Positions 12,644 through 25,600 of a stretch of DNA of 64,000 nucleotides are shown here, piece after piece (position 1 is the stretch's first letter; the number at the start of each line of letters is the position of its first letter). Origin of the DNA: Podarcis vaucheri (taxonomy: Eukaryota); NCBI GenBank assembly GCA_965113315.1, contig OZ220363.1; one strand, 5' to 3'. Both the position numbers and the translations under genes were made by a program. Under the pieces are notes generated by a model. It saw nothing but the letters and a program-made list of their open reading frames with translations. It did no database searches and was not told the origin of the DNA.

Positions 12644-15600
12644 GATTCCTGCAGTATCCAAGAGGTTCCTTGCGGATATGTGTCCAGAGATGATCTGGTA
12701 TCCCGGAATCGCTGCAGAAATCAAACCATCCACCACTATCCCTCCCCCACCAAATAGATAGATATATTGAAGAGTCAACAAGCTTTCCGTCCTCCTGAAG
12801 TTGTTGCAGCCAAGCAGGGAATAATGTCAGGATTTGCCTTGGCTTTGTCATAGGTCCCTTTCCAAGAGGCTTGTCCAATCAGCACTTTTCTTGTCACTTA
12901 GAGCCTTTCCCCGTTGCATAATAAAATGCACCATGTCAATTTACATAAACAAACAATCTACAAGCAACAAAGCTTTTTGTGCTGGCATGCAGGAGTGGGG
13001 CTTTCAGCATGTCAGCCTGGCAGTAATAAACAGAGATTGTTGTCCTCGTTGTCATAAATGGCCCTTTGTATGCCAGCCTTGTAACAGGAGTGGCGATTGT
13101 TCTAAATCTTTAATCCACACCAAGTGACTACCTTGAGTCACATTAGCTGTGAGTTAACCAGCTTAACATTCCCAAACAGGTTAAATGTTCTGCGTAAACC
13201 TTGACCCGCTCTTGTTCGGACAAAGAGTCCATTGGAAACTTGTTGAAAGTGGGAGGTGAGGAAGGTAGGATTGCATGCAATTGTGTCACTTTCAGCTATC
13301 CTCCTTCCAGATAGCTCTGTGTTCCATCTGCTGCCATCACACACCCACACCCACACCCACGGGCCCAATTATTTCCATTTTTAACCTGTCCTTGCCCACA
13401 AAAGCTCATAGGTTGTTTTTCTTTTACTGCTTTAAAACAATTGATTTAAATTATATGCTAAAAGGATGGGCACCCAATGCTCCGAAGCAGAGTGATCTTT
13501 TAAGAATGACTTTAAATAAGAACTTTTGTCTGGTCCAGTTTTTCTTACTGGTTCAAGCATCACAGTTTGGCAAACGGCAACTGTCTTTACCATAGGAAGA
13601 GCTCTGGAGGATCAGTCCAAAGCCCAGCCTTTTATTCTCACAATGACCACAGTAATAAATTATTATTAATTTGTACCCAGCCACTCTGGGCAGCTGCCAA
13701 CAGCTATGAAAACATAATAAAACATCAAACATTAAAAACTGCCCTATACAGTAATGAGTGCTATTTTTCTAGAAAAAGAGGTGTCAGAACTCACCATGAA
13801 TGCCTCCCTTGTTCTCTTATGATGAACGCAATGGCGCCCAGTAATGTATACTGCAAACTGTATCTATCCAGGCAAAGCTTGCTACACTCTGCGCATGGAG
13901 GGAGGGGGGGTGTTGTGAGGGGTGAGGGCATTACTAACCAATCTATGTGCCATATGATTCATCTTGTGGGGGCCACAGGAACCCCATGCCAGCCATGGCA
14001 TAATCATCTGAAAATAGTTAATCTCATTTGCCCATGTTTATTTCATGTCCGTCTTTGTTTGTATCCCACTTTTCCTCCCAAAAGAAGCTGGCAATTATGA
14101 AGAAAACAAAATAATGCCAAAACCCAATAAAATTATCAAACAGGACATGAGTCCCAGTGCCTGGCATTAGGAGGCATATGGCCTCTGACTTTGGAGGTAG
14201 AATGCAGCCGTCAAGAGTAGTTGCCTTACCCTCCATGAATTGATATCCTGATATTTGATGGCTTTATCCTCCATAGACTATCCAATCCTCTTTATTTTAT
14301 TTATTTTAATTTCCTTCATTAATTAAATTTCTTTCCCACCCTTCCACCCAAAGGAGTCCAGGGTGGCAAAAGCCATCGTTACATTCTGTGGGTGGAAATT
14401 ACATAGTTTAATTATGTGAAGTTCTTTCTCTTGCCTGTCCTGAATCTTTCAATGTTCAATTTCAGGTTCTACTATTATAAGAGCAGTGCTGGATTAAACC
14501 CTGTGGAGGCCCCTAAGCAGTCAAAATCTTGGAGTGGGGCGGGGCGCCTTGTGTGCACGCTCTAGTAGGATAACATTGAACTAAGAAAGCTTGATAGTAA
14601 TTTACTTCCAGGATCAAATCAATATTATTTTGATCCATTGTTGCAGGCTCCTAAAAGGCATGGGGCCCATAGGCCGCTGCCTGCTCTGCCTATTTGGTAA
14701 TCTGGCACTGTATGAGAGGGAGAAAAACTCTAATCACTTTCTCCATACTGTGCTTAATTTTATATATCTGTATCATGCCCACTATCCGCTCGATTGCCTT
14801 TTTTCCGAACTAAAAAGCCCTAATTGTTGTACCCTTTCCTCACATGAGGGGGAAAAGATGGCTGCCCCCCACAACACCACATGTGAGAAGCCACCTTTTC
14901 CCTGTACTGCCCTTACCAACAACGTTATGTGATCTCATTTCCAGGGACATTTCCAGGCCTGTTTTGCAAGCACATGGCAGTTTTGGTCAACTTTTTAACT
15001 TTAAGGAAGTTAAATAAATAAGAAAATTGTGATTTCAAGCTTCCTGAATCAGCTGTACTACTGAATTCTTCTTGGGGGAACCTGGTAGCACAACTAGTCA
15101 CTGTCCAAAGTGGAGGTTGAATTGAAGTGGCTTGGATTTTCCTTTGTACACAACTTGTCATGCTACAAAGGAAAAACGGATCACCTGATGTCATGGATCA
15201 CCTGATGGTTCAGAGGGGGGCAGGCAGCATATCGAGAAATCTGGGAACCCAGGATCTGACCTGTCAGTCAGATCCAATTCACCCCTGGTTTAGAATCATC
15301 TCATATGACTATAATTTTATGAGAGAAAGCAACAACACCCCAACCATTGACACTACAGAGGTGCAAAAAATATAAATCAGCTTCTAAAAGATCTCATTTG
15401 AATGTTCTCTAATTTAGACCAGTGCACATGGTAGAGCCATATAAGCATAACTCCCTATCTTATGGGCTGCTAGGGTGCAGAGGATTGTTCTTCTTAGCAA
15501 AAACCATGAACAGCACATAATGTGTATAGAAACCCTCATATCCCTGGAACAGAATTGCAAAGCTAGGGAGCAACATACCTACATGCCCTTTCTCAATGGA

Positions 15601-16595
15601 ACATGGTGCTTAGAGGCCCACCACCACCAACCAGTCCCGGTTGGTCTTCAAGATAGAATCCAGAGATATGAAGATCCCAAGATTGGTTTTGTTTTGTTTT
15701 CTACAACTTCCCTAGGAACTTCCCTAGTTTTAGGTGCTGAACAGCAGCTGAAACCCTGTTTTTAATCTGATGCTTCAGGAGTAGTCTGCTTGCTACCAAC
15801 TCCATGTTTATCTGGAAAGATGTCCCACTGAGTTCAGTGGGGGTTATTCCCAATTACATAGGCATAAAATTGTTGCCTAGAAGTTTTCTATCAAATCTGG
15901 AGAGGCTACAAATGGCTATTGGATAGAGTAATCTTGGTCTTGAGGTCTAAGATTAGTAAATCCCCTGCCCCCGCAATTTAAAATTAAGAAATTATCTGAC
16001 CATAGGCAATTTTCACTTCATCTCAGCTTGATTCCTTATTTGCTTGCTTGAGCCAACTATCTATGTTCTGCTGAATGGACTCATTCATCCTTAATATGCA
16101 TCTGGCATGGTGCACCTTTTTTTTTAATAAAAAAAATACTTATTCTTGATCCTGCTTGTGGATGAAATAGGCTAATCTAGTGCGATGCCAGATTTAGAAG
16201 AGTTTGGCCTTAATACATAAGGAGTTGGGGAATATAAAATTCAAGTTCTTTCAACTCTGCAAAGTCTTGTTCTCCTGGCGTTGTGAGAGTTCAGCCTTTC
16301 TCGAGAAGCAGTTGGCCCTTAGAAACCGGGTGGGGGTGGAGAGTCAGATTTAAATAAGCAACAGTACAGAGAATGCAACACATTGCGAGATGAATCAGCA
16401 GCGCTTATTTTATGCTTCCCATGAGACTAATTATCAAACAACTCCAAATATTAATATACAATCATATCCTGCTACCAGTACATTGCCAATGAAGGAGACC
16501 TGGAAGCAGAATCAGTCTGCATGCAGATTACATGGCTACATTAGGAACCATGCATTCAATTTTCATACAATGTGCAATTAAATGAAATGCAGCTA

Positions 16596-16837
16596 CAGTG
16601 GTACCTCGGGTTAAGTACTTAATTCATTCCGGAGGTCTGTTCTTAACCTGAAACTGTTCTTAACCTGAAGCACCACTTTAGCTAATGGGGCCTCCTGCTG
16701 CTGCCGCACCACCGGAGCAAGATTTCTGTTCTTATCCTGAAGCAAAGTTCTTAACCTGAAGCACTGTTTCTGGGTTAGCGGAGTCTGTAACCTGAAGCGT
16801 ATGTAACCTGAAACGTATGTATCCCAAGGCACCACCG
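16596..16837 (+). mobile_element. Tc1/mariner (Tigger-like) MITE
   Basis: TA TSD, TIR cagtggtacctc; related copies at 30193-30431, 56196-56424 and a partial inverted copy at about 17365-17517. Confidence 0.85.
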
Positions 16838-16948
16838 TATAGCAATACTTTCACATTATATCCTAGGGATTGTCACATGTTACATTCAGTGTTGTTGAAT
16901 TATATTTCTATCACACATTTTCTTTCAATGATCTCAGTTTGATTAGTA

Positions 16949-17290
16949 CAGTGGTGCCCCGCAAGACGAATGCCTCGCAAGACGGAAAACTCGCAAGATG
17001 AACGAATTTTCCGTTTTGGAGGTGCTTCGCAAAACGAATTTCCTATGGGCTTGCTTTGCAAGACGACAATGTCTTGCGAGTGCCTGCTGGTTTTTTCCCT
17101 CCCCCCTTTTTTCTAAGCCGCTAAGACGCTTATCAGCTGATCCGATCAGCAGATAAGCCGCTAAAAGCCGCTAATAGCACTAATAGCGCTAATCCGCTAA
17201 TCCGTCAATGGGCTTGCTTCGCAAGACGAAAAGACCACTAGACAAAGAGAATCACAGAACGGATTCTTTTCGTCTTGCGAGGCACCACTG
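16949..17290. mobile_element. Tc1/mariner MITE, second family
   Basis: TA TSD; TIR cagtggtgccccgcaagacgaa / ttcgtcttgcgaggcaccactg. Confidence 0.85.
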
Positions 17291-18128
17291 TATATGATCT
17301 GTGAACCTATGTACACAAATAGTTTTGTGCAGATTAACAGGTGTACATTCACACAAGCATGTGAACTTTGCTTCAGGTTGAGAACAGAAATCGTGCTCCG
17401 ACAGCCCAGCAGCAGCAGGAGGCCCCATTAGCTAAAGTGGTGCTTCAGGTTAAGAACAGTTTCAGGTAAAGTACGGACCTCTGGAACGAATTAAGTACTT
17501 AACCCGAGGTACCACTGTATATCTGTGGAGTTTAAGAAGCATACATTGTACAAAAGTCAAACAGCATATTTTTTAAGAGAGAAAAACTGCTGGGTTGATG
17601 TGTATATATAGAGAAGCCTTCACTATCTCCTTCACTGGCCCAGCATCTAAAGCCACATAAGACAATAACTTGCTGTTTTATATGGCATCCTTTCTACTAG
17701 GGGCAAAGCATATACTGTACACACTTTTAAATTTTACTTGCTTTTATTTTAACCTTCCTGTTTGGCTCAATTCCAGCACTGGGAAATGGGAGCAAAGCCC
17801 CGGTGGCTTCTGATGGTCCCTCAGCTCACATACTTAAATCAAGAGTTGCCATCACTGTCATAAAGATGAGCTGGGAGGAGGTGACTCATTATCGCTATGG
17901 CTGTTCATGAGAGTCAAATGAGCTGTGAAGGTACAGAATGAGCCAGACTTTTACTTGATAAAAGCAGTCATGATGAGAAGGAAATCCTTTCTCCCCAAGT
18001 AGGGAGAAGCCCTACGTATTCTGCGACCCACATATTCAAGGAACTGCCTATCTCTTTGGCAGCCCATGTGCCTGTTGTGGTCAGAAAATCAGGCCCTGCA
18101 CCATATAACATCCGGATAATAGTATGGC

Positions 18129-18283
18129 AGAATAATAGAATAATAGCATTGCAGAGTTGGAAGGGGCCACGAGGGTCATCCAGTCCAACCCCTTTCAATG
18201 CAGGAATTTTTCACCCAATGTAGGGTTTGATCCCACAACCCTGGGATTAAGAGTCTCATGCTCTACCGACTGAGCTATCCAGC
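18129..18283 (-). mobile_element. tRNA-Lys(CTT)-derived SINE with CR1-type 3' tail
   Basis: Head GGATAGCTCAGTCGGTAGAGCATGAGACTCTTAATC..., then ggggttggactggatgacc...ccttccaactct and an ATTCT-like tail. Confidence 0.8.
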
Positions 18284-18471
18284 AAGGAGTAGGACCTTTG
18301 CTATCACAGGCCCAAAGCTGTACTACTGAATTCTTCTTATTGAGGTGACGAGTGCCTCTTCCTCCTCTGGTTTCACAAGGCTGCTTATTTGGGCAACACT
18401 GGTTATTTCTACTTGCCTTTGGTGAAGTCTATGGTTGGCTACTTAAAAAGTTTTTATGGTTTAAACGTTTT

Positions 18472-18735
18472 TGTTATGTACTGAAGTTCTCACCCTGGGC
18501 CAGCAGGGGGATATTGTGGATAGTTTTCACTCAGGTCCACATATGCAAATAAGGGATCGAAAGTGACGTTCAGTGATTCGATAGTTACAGAAAATTGTTA
18601 CTGTTGCATTCTAGTGGAGCTCTATATAAGCAGGCTGGCTGAACCCTTCAGTTCAGTTCAGTTCTGGCCTGTGAATAAACAAGAGCTGTTTGAAGAACTG
18701 CTGTGTCGTCTGACATGTTCACCCACAACTTAACA
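18472..18735 (+). mobile_element. Solo LTR (Gypsy-like), 264 bp
   Basis: TGTTA...TAACA termini, 5-bp TSD gtttt, TATA (18623) then AATAAA (18674). Confidence 0.85.
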
Positions 18736-18854
18736 GTTTTCATCATCTATGGTTGGTTTAAATGGGTGCCTTTCACCAGCTTCAGTTGCTCTGGAAGGTG
18801 CAGCCATTCCTGGGCAGCAGATGCCCCTGACAGTGCTTAACACTCTGGTTAGAG

Positions 18855-19215
18855 TGTTCTCAACTAGGGCCAGGGCCTTTTCAGTACTGGCCCCAATTTG
18901 GTGGAACACTCTGTCACAAGAGACTAGGGCCCTGAGGGACTTGACATCTTTCCGCAGGGCCTGCAAGACAGAGCTGTTCCACCTGGCCTTTGGTTTGGAC
19001 TCAGTCTGACCCTTATGTTTCCCTCCCCTTGTGGTTTTGATCTATGGCCTACTTTTAAAATGAGGCTGCATTTTAAATTGTATTTTAACCTGTATTTTAA
19101 ATTGGTTTCCCCCCCTTATGTTTTTATTGTAATTTTACTGGTGTTAGCCACCCTGAACCCGGCTCTGGCCAGGGAGGGCGGGGTATAAATAAAATTTATT
19201 ATTAATTTATTATTA
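18855..19215 (+). mobile_element. L2-type LINE 3' fragment
   Basis: RARAFSVLAPIWWNTL...FRRACKTELFHLAF C-terminus, then gcggggtataaataaa tail. Confidence 0.75.
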
Positions 19216-19362
19216 CTTCTCATCAACAGCGACTCCACCCGGTGGGATGGAGCCACAGCAACAGCCTCCTGGCAGCAATGCCACTGCTATTTGCTGGAAG
19301 AGGAGAAGGCAATGTAGCTCCAAGCTCATCACTTTCTCATTCCCCCCTAGGAAGTAACAGTG

Positions 19363-19404
<42 letters not shown>
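19363..19404. repeat. (CTG)n trinucleotide repeat, about 13 units
   Basis: Direct reading. Confidence 0.95.
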
Positions 19405-19405
<1 letters not shown>

Positions 19406-20759
19406 GAGGCTATTGCTGTGGCTCTACTGCCCCAGGCAAGCCACTCCTGCTAATGAGCACATTAAAACGGCTTCCTCAGTTGGGCTCTGTCAACTGCCCA
19501 CCATGCCTCCCTGGGACCATTCTTGAGCTGGACACAATGTCCCTTATTTTTAATGCCCTACTCTTATGGCTAGATGTTAGCAGTGTCCTCCAGGAATATG
19601 TTATTCTGAGAATAGCTGGACCAGACTTGAGTTTTTCTATTGCTCCCCACGGATATCGTTTATAATGCTTTACCATGACTGTCGCATCAAGCTTCGCAAC
19701 AGCCTTGTGAAGGAGGGACAATACAGTTCTCGCATGGAGGCCCAGTGAAACGGTCAGTATTGTGTGGACAATCACTGCATAGAATAGATTGGCTCCTACT
19801 GTGTAGCCTGCTTCAGTGCCGCTCCTTGAACAGCTATGAATAAATTGTGCAAAAGAGCAAGCTATTATTTATTTGTATCACAGAATTTGGCTTTCCTCGT
19901 TGCAGAATATGGGCTACCTTGCTGCAGAATTCCATATCGTTTCTTATCGTTTGTAGCACAGGGGACTCACACAGCCATGGCAAAAAGATTATGTCCTCAG
20001 CTGGGTACTACATCGCAAAGGACTGCCTTGGCAGCCCACAATCCCTGTGGGGCCCACGAGACAAGAGAGTAATTATAGAGCCTTCAATTATGCTAGCAGT
20101 GAAAGCATCTCAAATGGGCACTTGGAGGGGAAGAGGAACAAACAGTTCCGGCCTGGCACTCGGCAAGCCACGTGACATATGAATCCTGGATGAATAGGAG
20201 CATCAAATGCAAGTCTGCATGACTGAGTGCAATCACTGAAACGAATAAAGTCTGGGAGAGGGAGATGCTAGTGAGGAGGTTGTGGTCAGGAGGAAGGCAC
20301 ATAGTGCAATAACCTTGCTGAAGCTGATCTGATCTGTGTCTGGCCAAGGTTTAGGCACGATATAGCCTCAAGTCCACTGCCTTGAGATCCACCATGGGAT
20401 ATAAACAAACTTGACTGCTCGTGAATAGCTGAAGCCATGTGTTGGCTCTGAAGACCCATTGGTACTGAAAATAACTGAAACAGGAGGAATGTGTTCCTCC
20501 CACTGAAATGCATCAGGAAAAGGCACACGAGATTTATCTTCAGCTGAAAATCATGAGATGCTATGTGAAATTAGGAATCTGTCTTAAACGGAGTCAAGTC
20601 ATTGGTCCATCTAGCTCAACAGTGTCAACTGGCAACAGTTCTCTAGGGCATTCCCAGTCCTCTGTGTAGATGCCAAGGTTTGAACCTGGTAGGACGTTCA
20701 GCATGCAGAACAGATACTCTACCACTGAGCTATGGCTCTTCCCCAAGTGAGCAAGGAAA

Positions 20760-21080
20760 CTTATGAAAGTGGTCTTTTCCCATCAGTTCTCCTTAGCGAG
20801 CAACATTAACCCTGCTATGTGGGAATCCCTTGCAGACGACTGCAATGCCTGGAGACAGACAGACAGTTTGTGCATCCATAGCAGTGACCAGAGGAGGAAT
20901 GACAGCTGGGGGGAGCACAGAGAAGAAATGCTGTGTTACACTGGCATCAGCAGAACCACAGCTGCAACAAAACTTTGGTCTTTACAGCCACAGCAGGTGC
21001 TGCAACCTTGCACCAGTTTGACTTCACCCCCAAAGGCATACACCTCCATTGTCTCCCACGACAGACGGATGCCAACAGCA
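20760..21080 (+). mobile_element. RTE-clade LINE 3' fragment, degraded
   Basis: WESLADDCNAWRQ and GLYSHSRCC pieces in different frames, typical of RTE C-termini. Confidence 0.6.
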
Positions 21081-21535
21081 ATTAGCCTATAAAGCACTGT
21101 GCAGTTCGGTACTGCCTTTGCAGTGCCTCTGTTTTGCAGAGGTTAAAACCATTTTCCTTTGTGTAAGACTATCTGTAGGCTGATAGAGGGTATGGCTTTT
21201 ACACTCAGCATATTTCTCCATGTAAGAGACAGAAAGGCCTCCAATCCACTTTCCCACAGCAAATTTTGTTATTACTAGTGCCACCTATTGGCATCAAAAC
21301 ATATTTTTTTTTGCAATCAGACATTGCTGCAAATTACATTCTAATCTAAACTGAAAAATCTGTTGTAGTCAGCATAGCACCAAATGCTATACACCACAAA
21401 TTAGAAATATAATCTGTGTGTCCAGATGTATCACTGGTAGCCTTTGATCAACAAATATTGGCACAATGCACTTGTTACTAGATCATAAGACAAACTGGGG
21501 CAAATTGTCCAAGTTCCAGTTATCAATACAAAGGA

Positions 21536-21677
21536 CAGTGGCGTAGCGTGGGTTGTCAGCACCCGGGGCAAGGCAAGTAATTTGCGCCCCCTAACCCGTG
21601 GATTTGCGCACCCTAACCCCCAGATGTTGCGCCCGGTGCGGCCGAGCCCCCCCTGCACCCCCCACGCTACGCCACTG
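21536..21677 (-). mobile_element. Same MITE family, short form
   Basis: 17-bp TIR cagtggcgtagcgtggg; perfect 8-bp TSD acaaagga. Confidence 0.9.
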
Positions 21678-22269
21678 ACAAAGGATTAAGCAATATGTGA
21701 GCAAATTCACAATGGCTGTCATAATGGCATTCCTTAAAGTTCTTTCTCAAAAGGAGTTCTTATTTCCTTTGTTAATAAGCTAGAGTTGCCCTCTTTATCC
21801 TGAGGTTAAGCAGGGGATAAAGAAACCCCTTGATTTTTGGGACATCAAGAAATCCTTTAAAACCTAGAATCAGTAAAAGCAAATCTAGCATTGAAGGTAC
21901 ATAATGTGCTCCGTGGAGAAAGGGCAACCAGCTTCCTAATAAACCAGTGAATCACAATCACATTTTCTACAAAACCAGTTAATGTTTTCTTACCAGCAGT
22001 GACATCATTAAACCTATGCAATTTTATCAAATCATTTTATTCCATTGATAGAATATTACCTGCTGCACCTAAATGAAATATCCATGTGACTTTTAGAAGC
22101 TGATTCCTCCTAATGGCCTTCAATGTCTACATTAGGGTACTCCTGAGGTTCTCAAACTTCTTACCCTCGGAGGCCACTAGAGAATGTTAAAAAAGAAAAA
22201 GGAACGTAAGAAGAGACTGCTTAATCAAGCGGTATTTACTGACATCATTTTCTTCATCTTCATCTTCAT

Positions 22270-22620
22270 CATCATATTATTCACATACTGCCCTTCACCC
22301 TAAGATTCCAGGGTGGTTCACAAAAGAAAAATGCAAAATACACAAGAAAACAAAAACAAGCCAATAACCTCCTGATCCCACAAACACATTTTAAAAGAAT
22401 ACAATGTTAATCAGCCAAACACCTCGTTGAAGAGAAACATTTTTGCTTGGTGTCTGAAGATATGTAATGAAGGCACCAGAAGAGCCTCCCTGAGGAGAGC
22501 ATTCCACAAATGGGGGGCCACCGCAGATAAGGCCCGTTCTTGTGTTGCCACCTTCCGGACTTCTCGTGGAGGAGGCACACGAAGAAGGGCCTCAGAAGGT
22601 GTTTGCAGGGTCCAGGGCAA
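22270..22620 (-). mobile_element. L2-type LINE 3' fragment; similar fragments near 1-300, 31335-31535, 47900-48040 and 59710-59840
   Basis: ERALSAVAPHLWNALLRE...FRHQAKMFLF. Confidence 0.7.
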
Positions 22621-25600
22621 TTTCTACTGATATCTAATCCATCTTTGGGAATATCTAAATTCTTTGCTAGAGCATTGTTCTTGCAGAAAGAAATTTCTCT
22701 GGTCAGCTTTCTTCAGGGTATGTATGGATATTAGCACTGGATGTATTGTGATTTGGCACACCCACCCACCCCTCTTAAGGCAGAATTTGCTGATCTGGAG
22801 GCAACCTTCGACTCTTACCTTTGTACAGTGAGCTCCATCCCAGCTGTGCAAAAGCCTGAGGTTTCTACACTGCCACTGTCACCCACCCACTGTGTTCCTG
22901 ATAATACCCCACACCCCACCACCTGACAGTGCAGCAGCAAATTGGGCAACAAGGGCTGCTAAAAACAAAGATGTGTACAAGAGCAGAAGCTAAGGTTTTC
23001 TTTTTTTACAGACACACCCTTGCCCAGACAAAACTTCCTTGTCAGAAATAGAACCTCACAGAAATTCAGCAGACTCCTAAACTGAAATTGGTGGTCATGA
23101 ATCTTATCTGCAATGTTACTATGGTGCACTGATGCAGCTCTTGCATCCTTCCAACTCCCACTGCATGGGGCAGCCAAGCCCTCACTCAAATCACAGGCAT
23201 AACAAGGAATTGAGGTGCTACATGGTTTTCAAGAGCAGCCAACACTGCTGTACGTCATGTCATCAAAGGCAACCAATGAATGCCATAGGAGAGACAAGGC
23301 TGTAATTTAGAAACGGAGTATAAATCTTTATGGTGTATATATGCATTTGTTTATATCTGACCGTGGCATGTAAGGAAGTTAAACCACTGTTCATTTGCTG
23401 TTCACCATCTGACTTCTTTGTTTCCTCAGATTATTTGTACAGTTAGTACATGGACTCAGCTGCATTAGTGAAGAAACAACTGTTTGAATGCGCTATAAAC
23501 ATGCAACACTAGATGGTGCAAGAGAGCAGGAAATTTTTATATGCGTTTTTCCATAGGGTTTGTTGTTATAACGATCTAACTTCTGACTTATTTATAGTGG
23601 CGGGAGGCGGTGTTTCCTGTGTGTAGATCCACTCTATGATTACTTCCAAACTTTGTTCACTGACACAGTGAGTGAGGCTATGTGAATGGAATTTTATCAG
23701 TGGGGGGCAGTGGGAGCTGTGTCTTGGAACCAAACAGCAACTATAGTATTGCAGTGAATGCTAAAAGTTGAACATATATGCCTTTCTACACACTTATTCT
23801 TGGGTGTATTAAACAGATCTTTAAAAAGCTATTTATTGCATATTCTCTGTTTGATCCTAAGGATGGAGACAGACAGTAGTTTTTAAGAGAGCTGAGCATG
23901 ATGTTCATGCCCATTCTGATAAGCTGTTCTTTTCTTTAATAACCAACATTGACAGATGATAGTAACATTGCTTACATTTTAAATTGACTGTTAACTGAGC
24001 TTCAAATATGCATTGTGCAGGCTAATAACATTTTCAGAAAGGCTGTCATCCAATTAAAGATTAATCTGCTAAACCCCATACCATTAATCTAAGAATTAAA
24101 TTTGCAAATGGGTAAAAACAGTATTTCTAAAGCAAGGCACAAATTCACTTTTGTGAGGAGGAAGAGAAGTTCCACTCTTGCGTCTGGTCAAACAACAGTT
24201 GGGATTTTCACTGTGCTTCAGAAATATATAGAAATGTGCATCATATCAAACTTAACACTCTGGGGTGAAGAAAAAAAATTATCTCAAGCCTGAAAGTAGA
24301 AGACATCCTCCCTATTGTGGTTAAACCATGCCTGAGATCAAGGGAGCCATTTTAAGCACCCTCCCATGTATCTCTGACACCCACTTCCTGTTTGTCTTAC
24401 CAACCGCGTCAAAAAGCTTCAAACATTTCGATGTATGAAGCAGGCCACAGAAGCAGGCGAGTGAGACTGGGGTGTGATTTCTTTGCTGAGCTTAGCTCCA
24501 GTTTGCTGTAAAATGTCTAATTCGGGGAAGAATTGGCCGCTTGCAAAGGAGCCTAACACAGGATTGACAAAAGGTGTTGCAGAGAGGCACTGATCCTGCA
24601 TGGTTCAGAGTGCTTCCCCGCAGAGAACTGACCCCTCTGCTCTTGGTCAGAAGTTATGTGGGGGGGGGGGGAGGTGCAACATCGCCAAGCTAATTTGGGA
24701 CCGGATTCAGGGCAGGTGATTTCCAGGTGGACCCAGGGTGGGCCAACCTGATTGGGGGACCCAGGGTGGGCCATAGGTGGATGCAGGGGGCTTTGCACAC
24801 AGCTCTAGTATTTATTTGCCAATAAGTATGTTCATATGGCTGCAGGGATGCTGATAATCTTCTCTTTAAACTTCACCCAGGGCATTTCACTGCTAAGCTA
24901 AGGGCAAGGTGATGTATTCTCACCATTTCACATACAGAAGCAGACTGGACTGGCAGCTGAAGCTTACTTCAACAGTGGCAATGGGACGCCGTCTTCTGTA
25001 CTTGAAGGCAGCTGGCTAAGTTAGGTGGACAGGGTAGGTCGCGGTGCACACACTGTGTCCACCCTTTGCCGCTCAACATTTGCCACACTGTCTCATGGTA
25101 GCGCTGCCCCTGACTTCACTGACATTGACAGGCAATAGTAACATTGCTTATGTCCTAAATTTCCTGTTGACTGAGTTTGAGATATGCACTCCTTGGCTAA
25201 TACGTTTTCAATAAGTCTGTCACCCAGTTAAAGAAATCTTTAGTAGTTTAATCTACTAAAAATTATATGATTAAATATTCAGTTGGGTAAAAGCAGTTGT
25301 TCTAAAGCAACATGGATATGCTTTGCTTTTGGTGACACAGAGGGGGATAGTTGTTAAAGCAGGAGTGGACATCACAATTATTAGTCTCTTTTCCCGCAAA
25401 AAAAAAAAGTCTCGACGACACCAATGAAAATGCAATACACAGTGCCACTGGCATACACTGTGTATAAATGAAAATAAGACGTGTCATGTAGGCCCTGCCC
25501 TCAGGCTTAGAAATTCAAAGGCAAGACTTAGCAGAGGAAGCAGGGAAATAAAAAAGCAAGAGGAAAGAGATCTGTCTGACAATGCCAGAAGAAAGAAAAG

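Noticed and set aside
5106-14100. Longer unexplained ORFs (5106-5543, 8484-8903, 13567-14100) as novel genes or viral inserts
   Set aside because: No recognisable domains, non-ATG starts, partly repeat-derived; lengths compatible with chance
18210-18283. Functional tRNA-Lys gene
   Set aside because: Mutated T-arm and acceptor stem and fused to a CR1-type tail; it is a SINE head
19242-19665. Poly-Ala / poly-Leu ORFs
   Set aside because: Produced by the (CTG)n microsatellite; no splice or homology support
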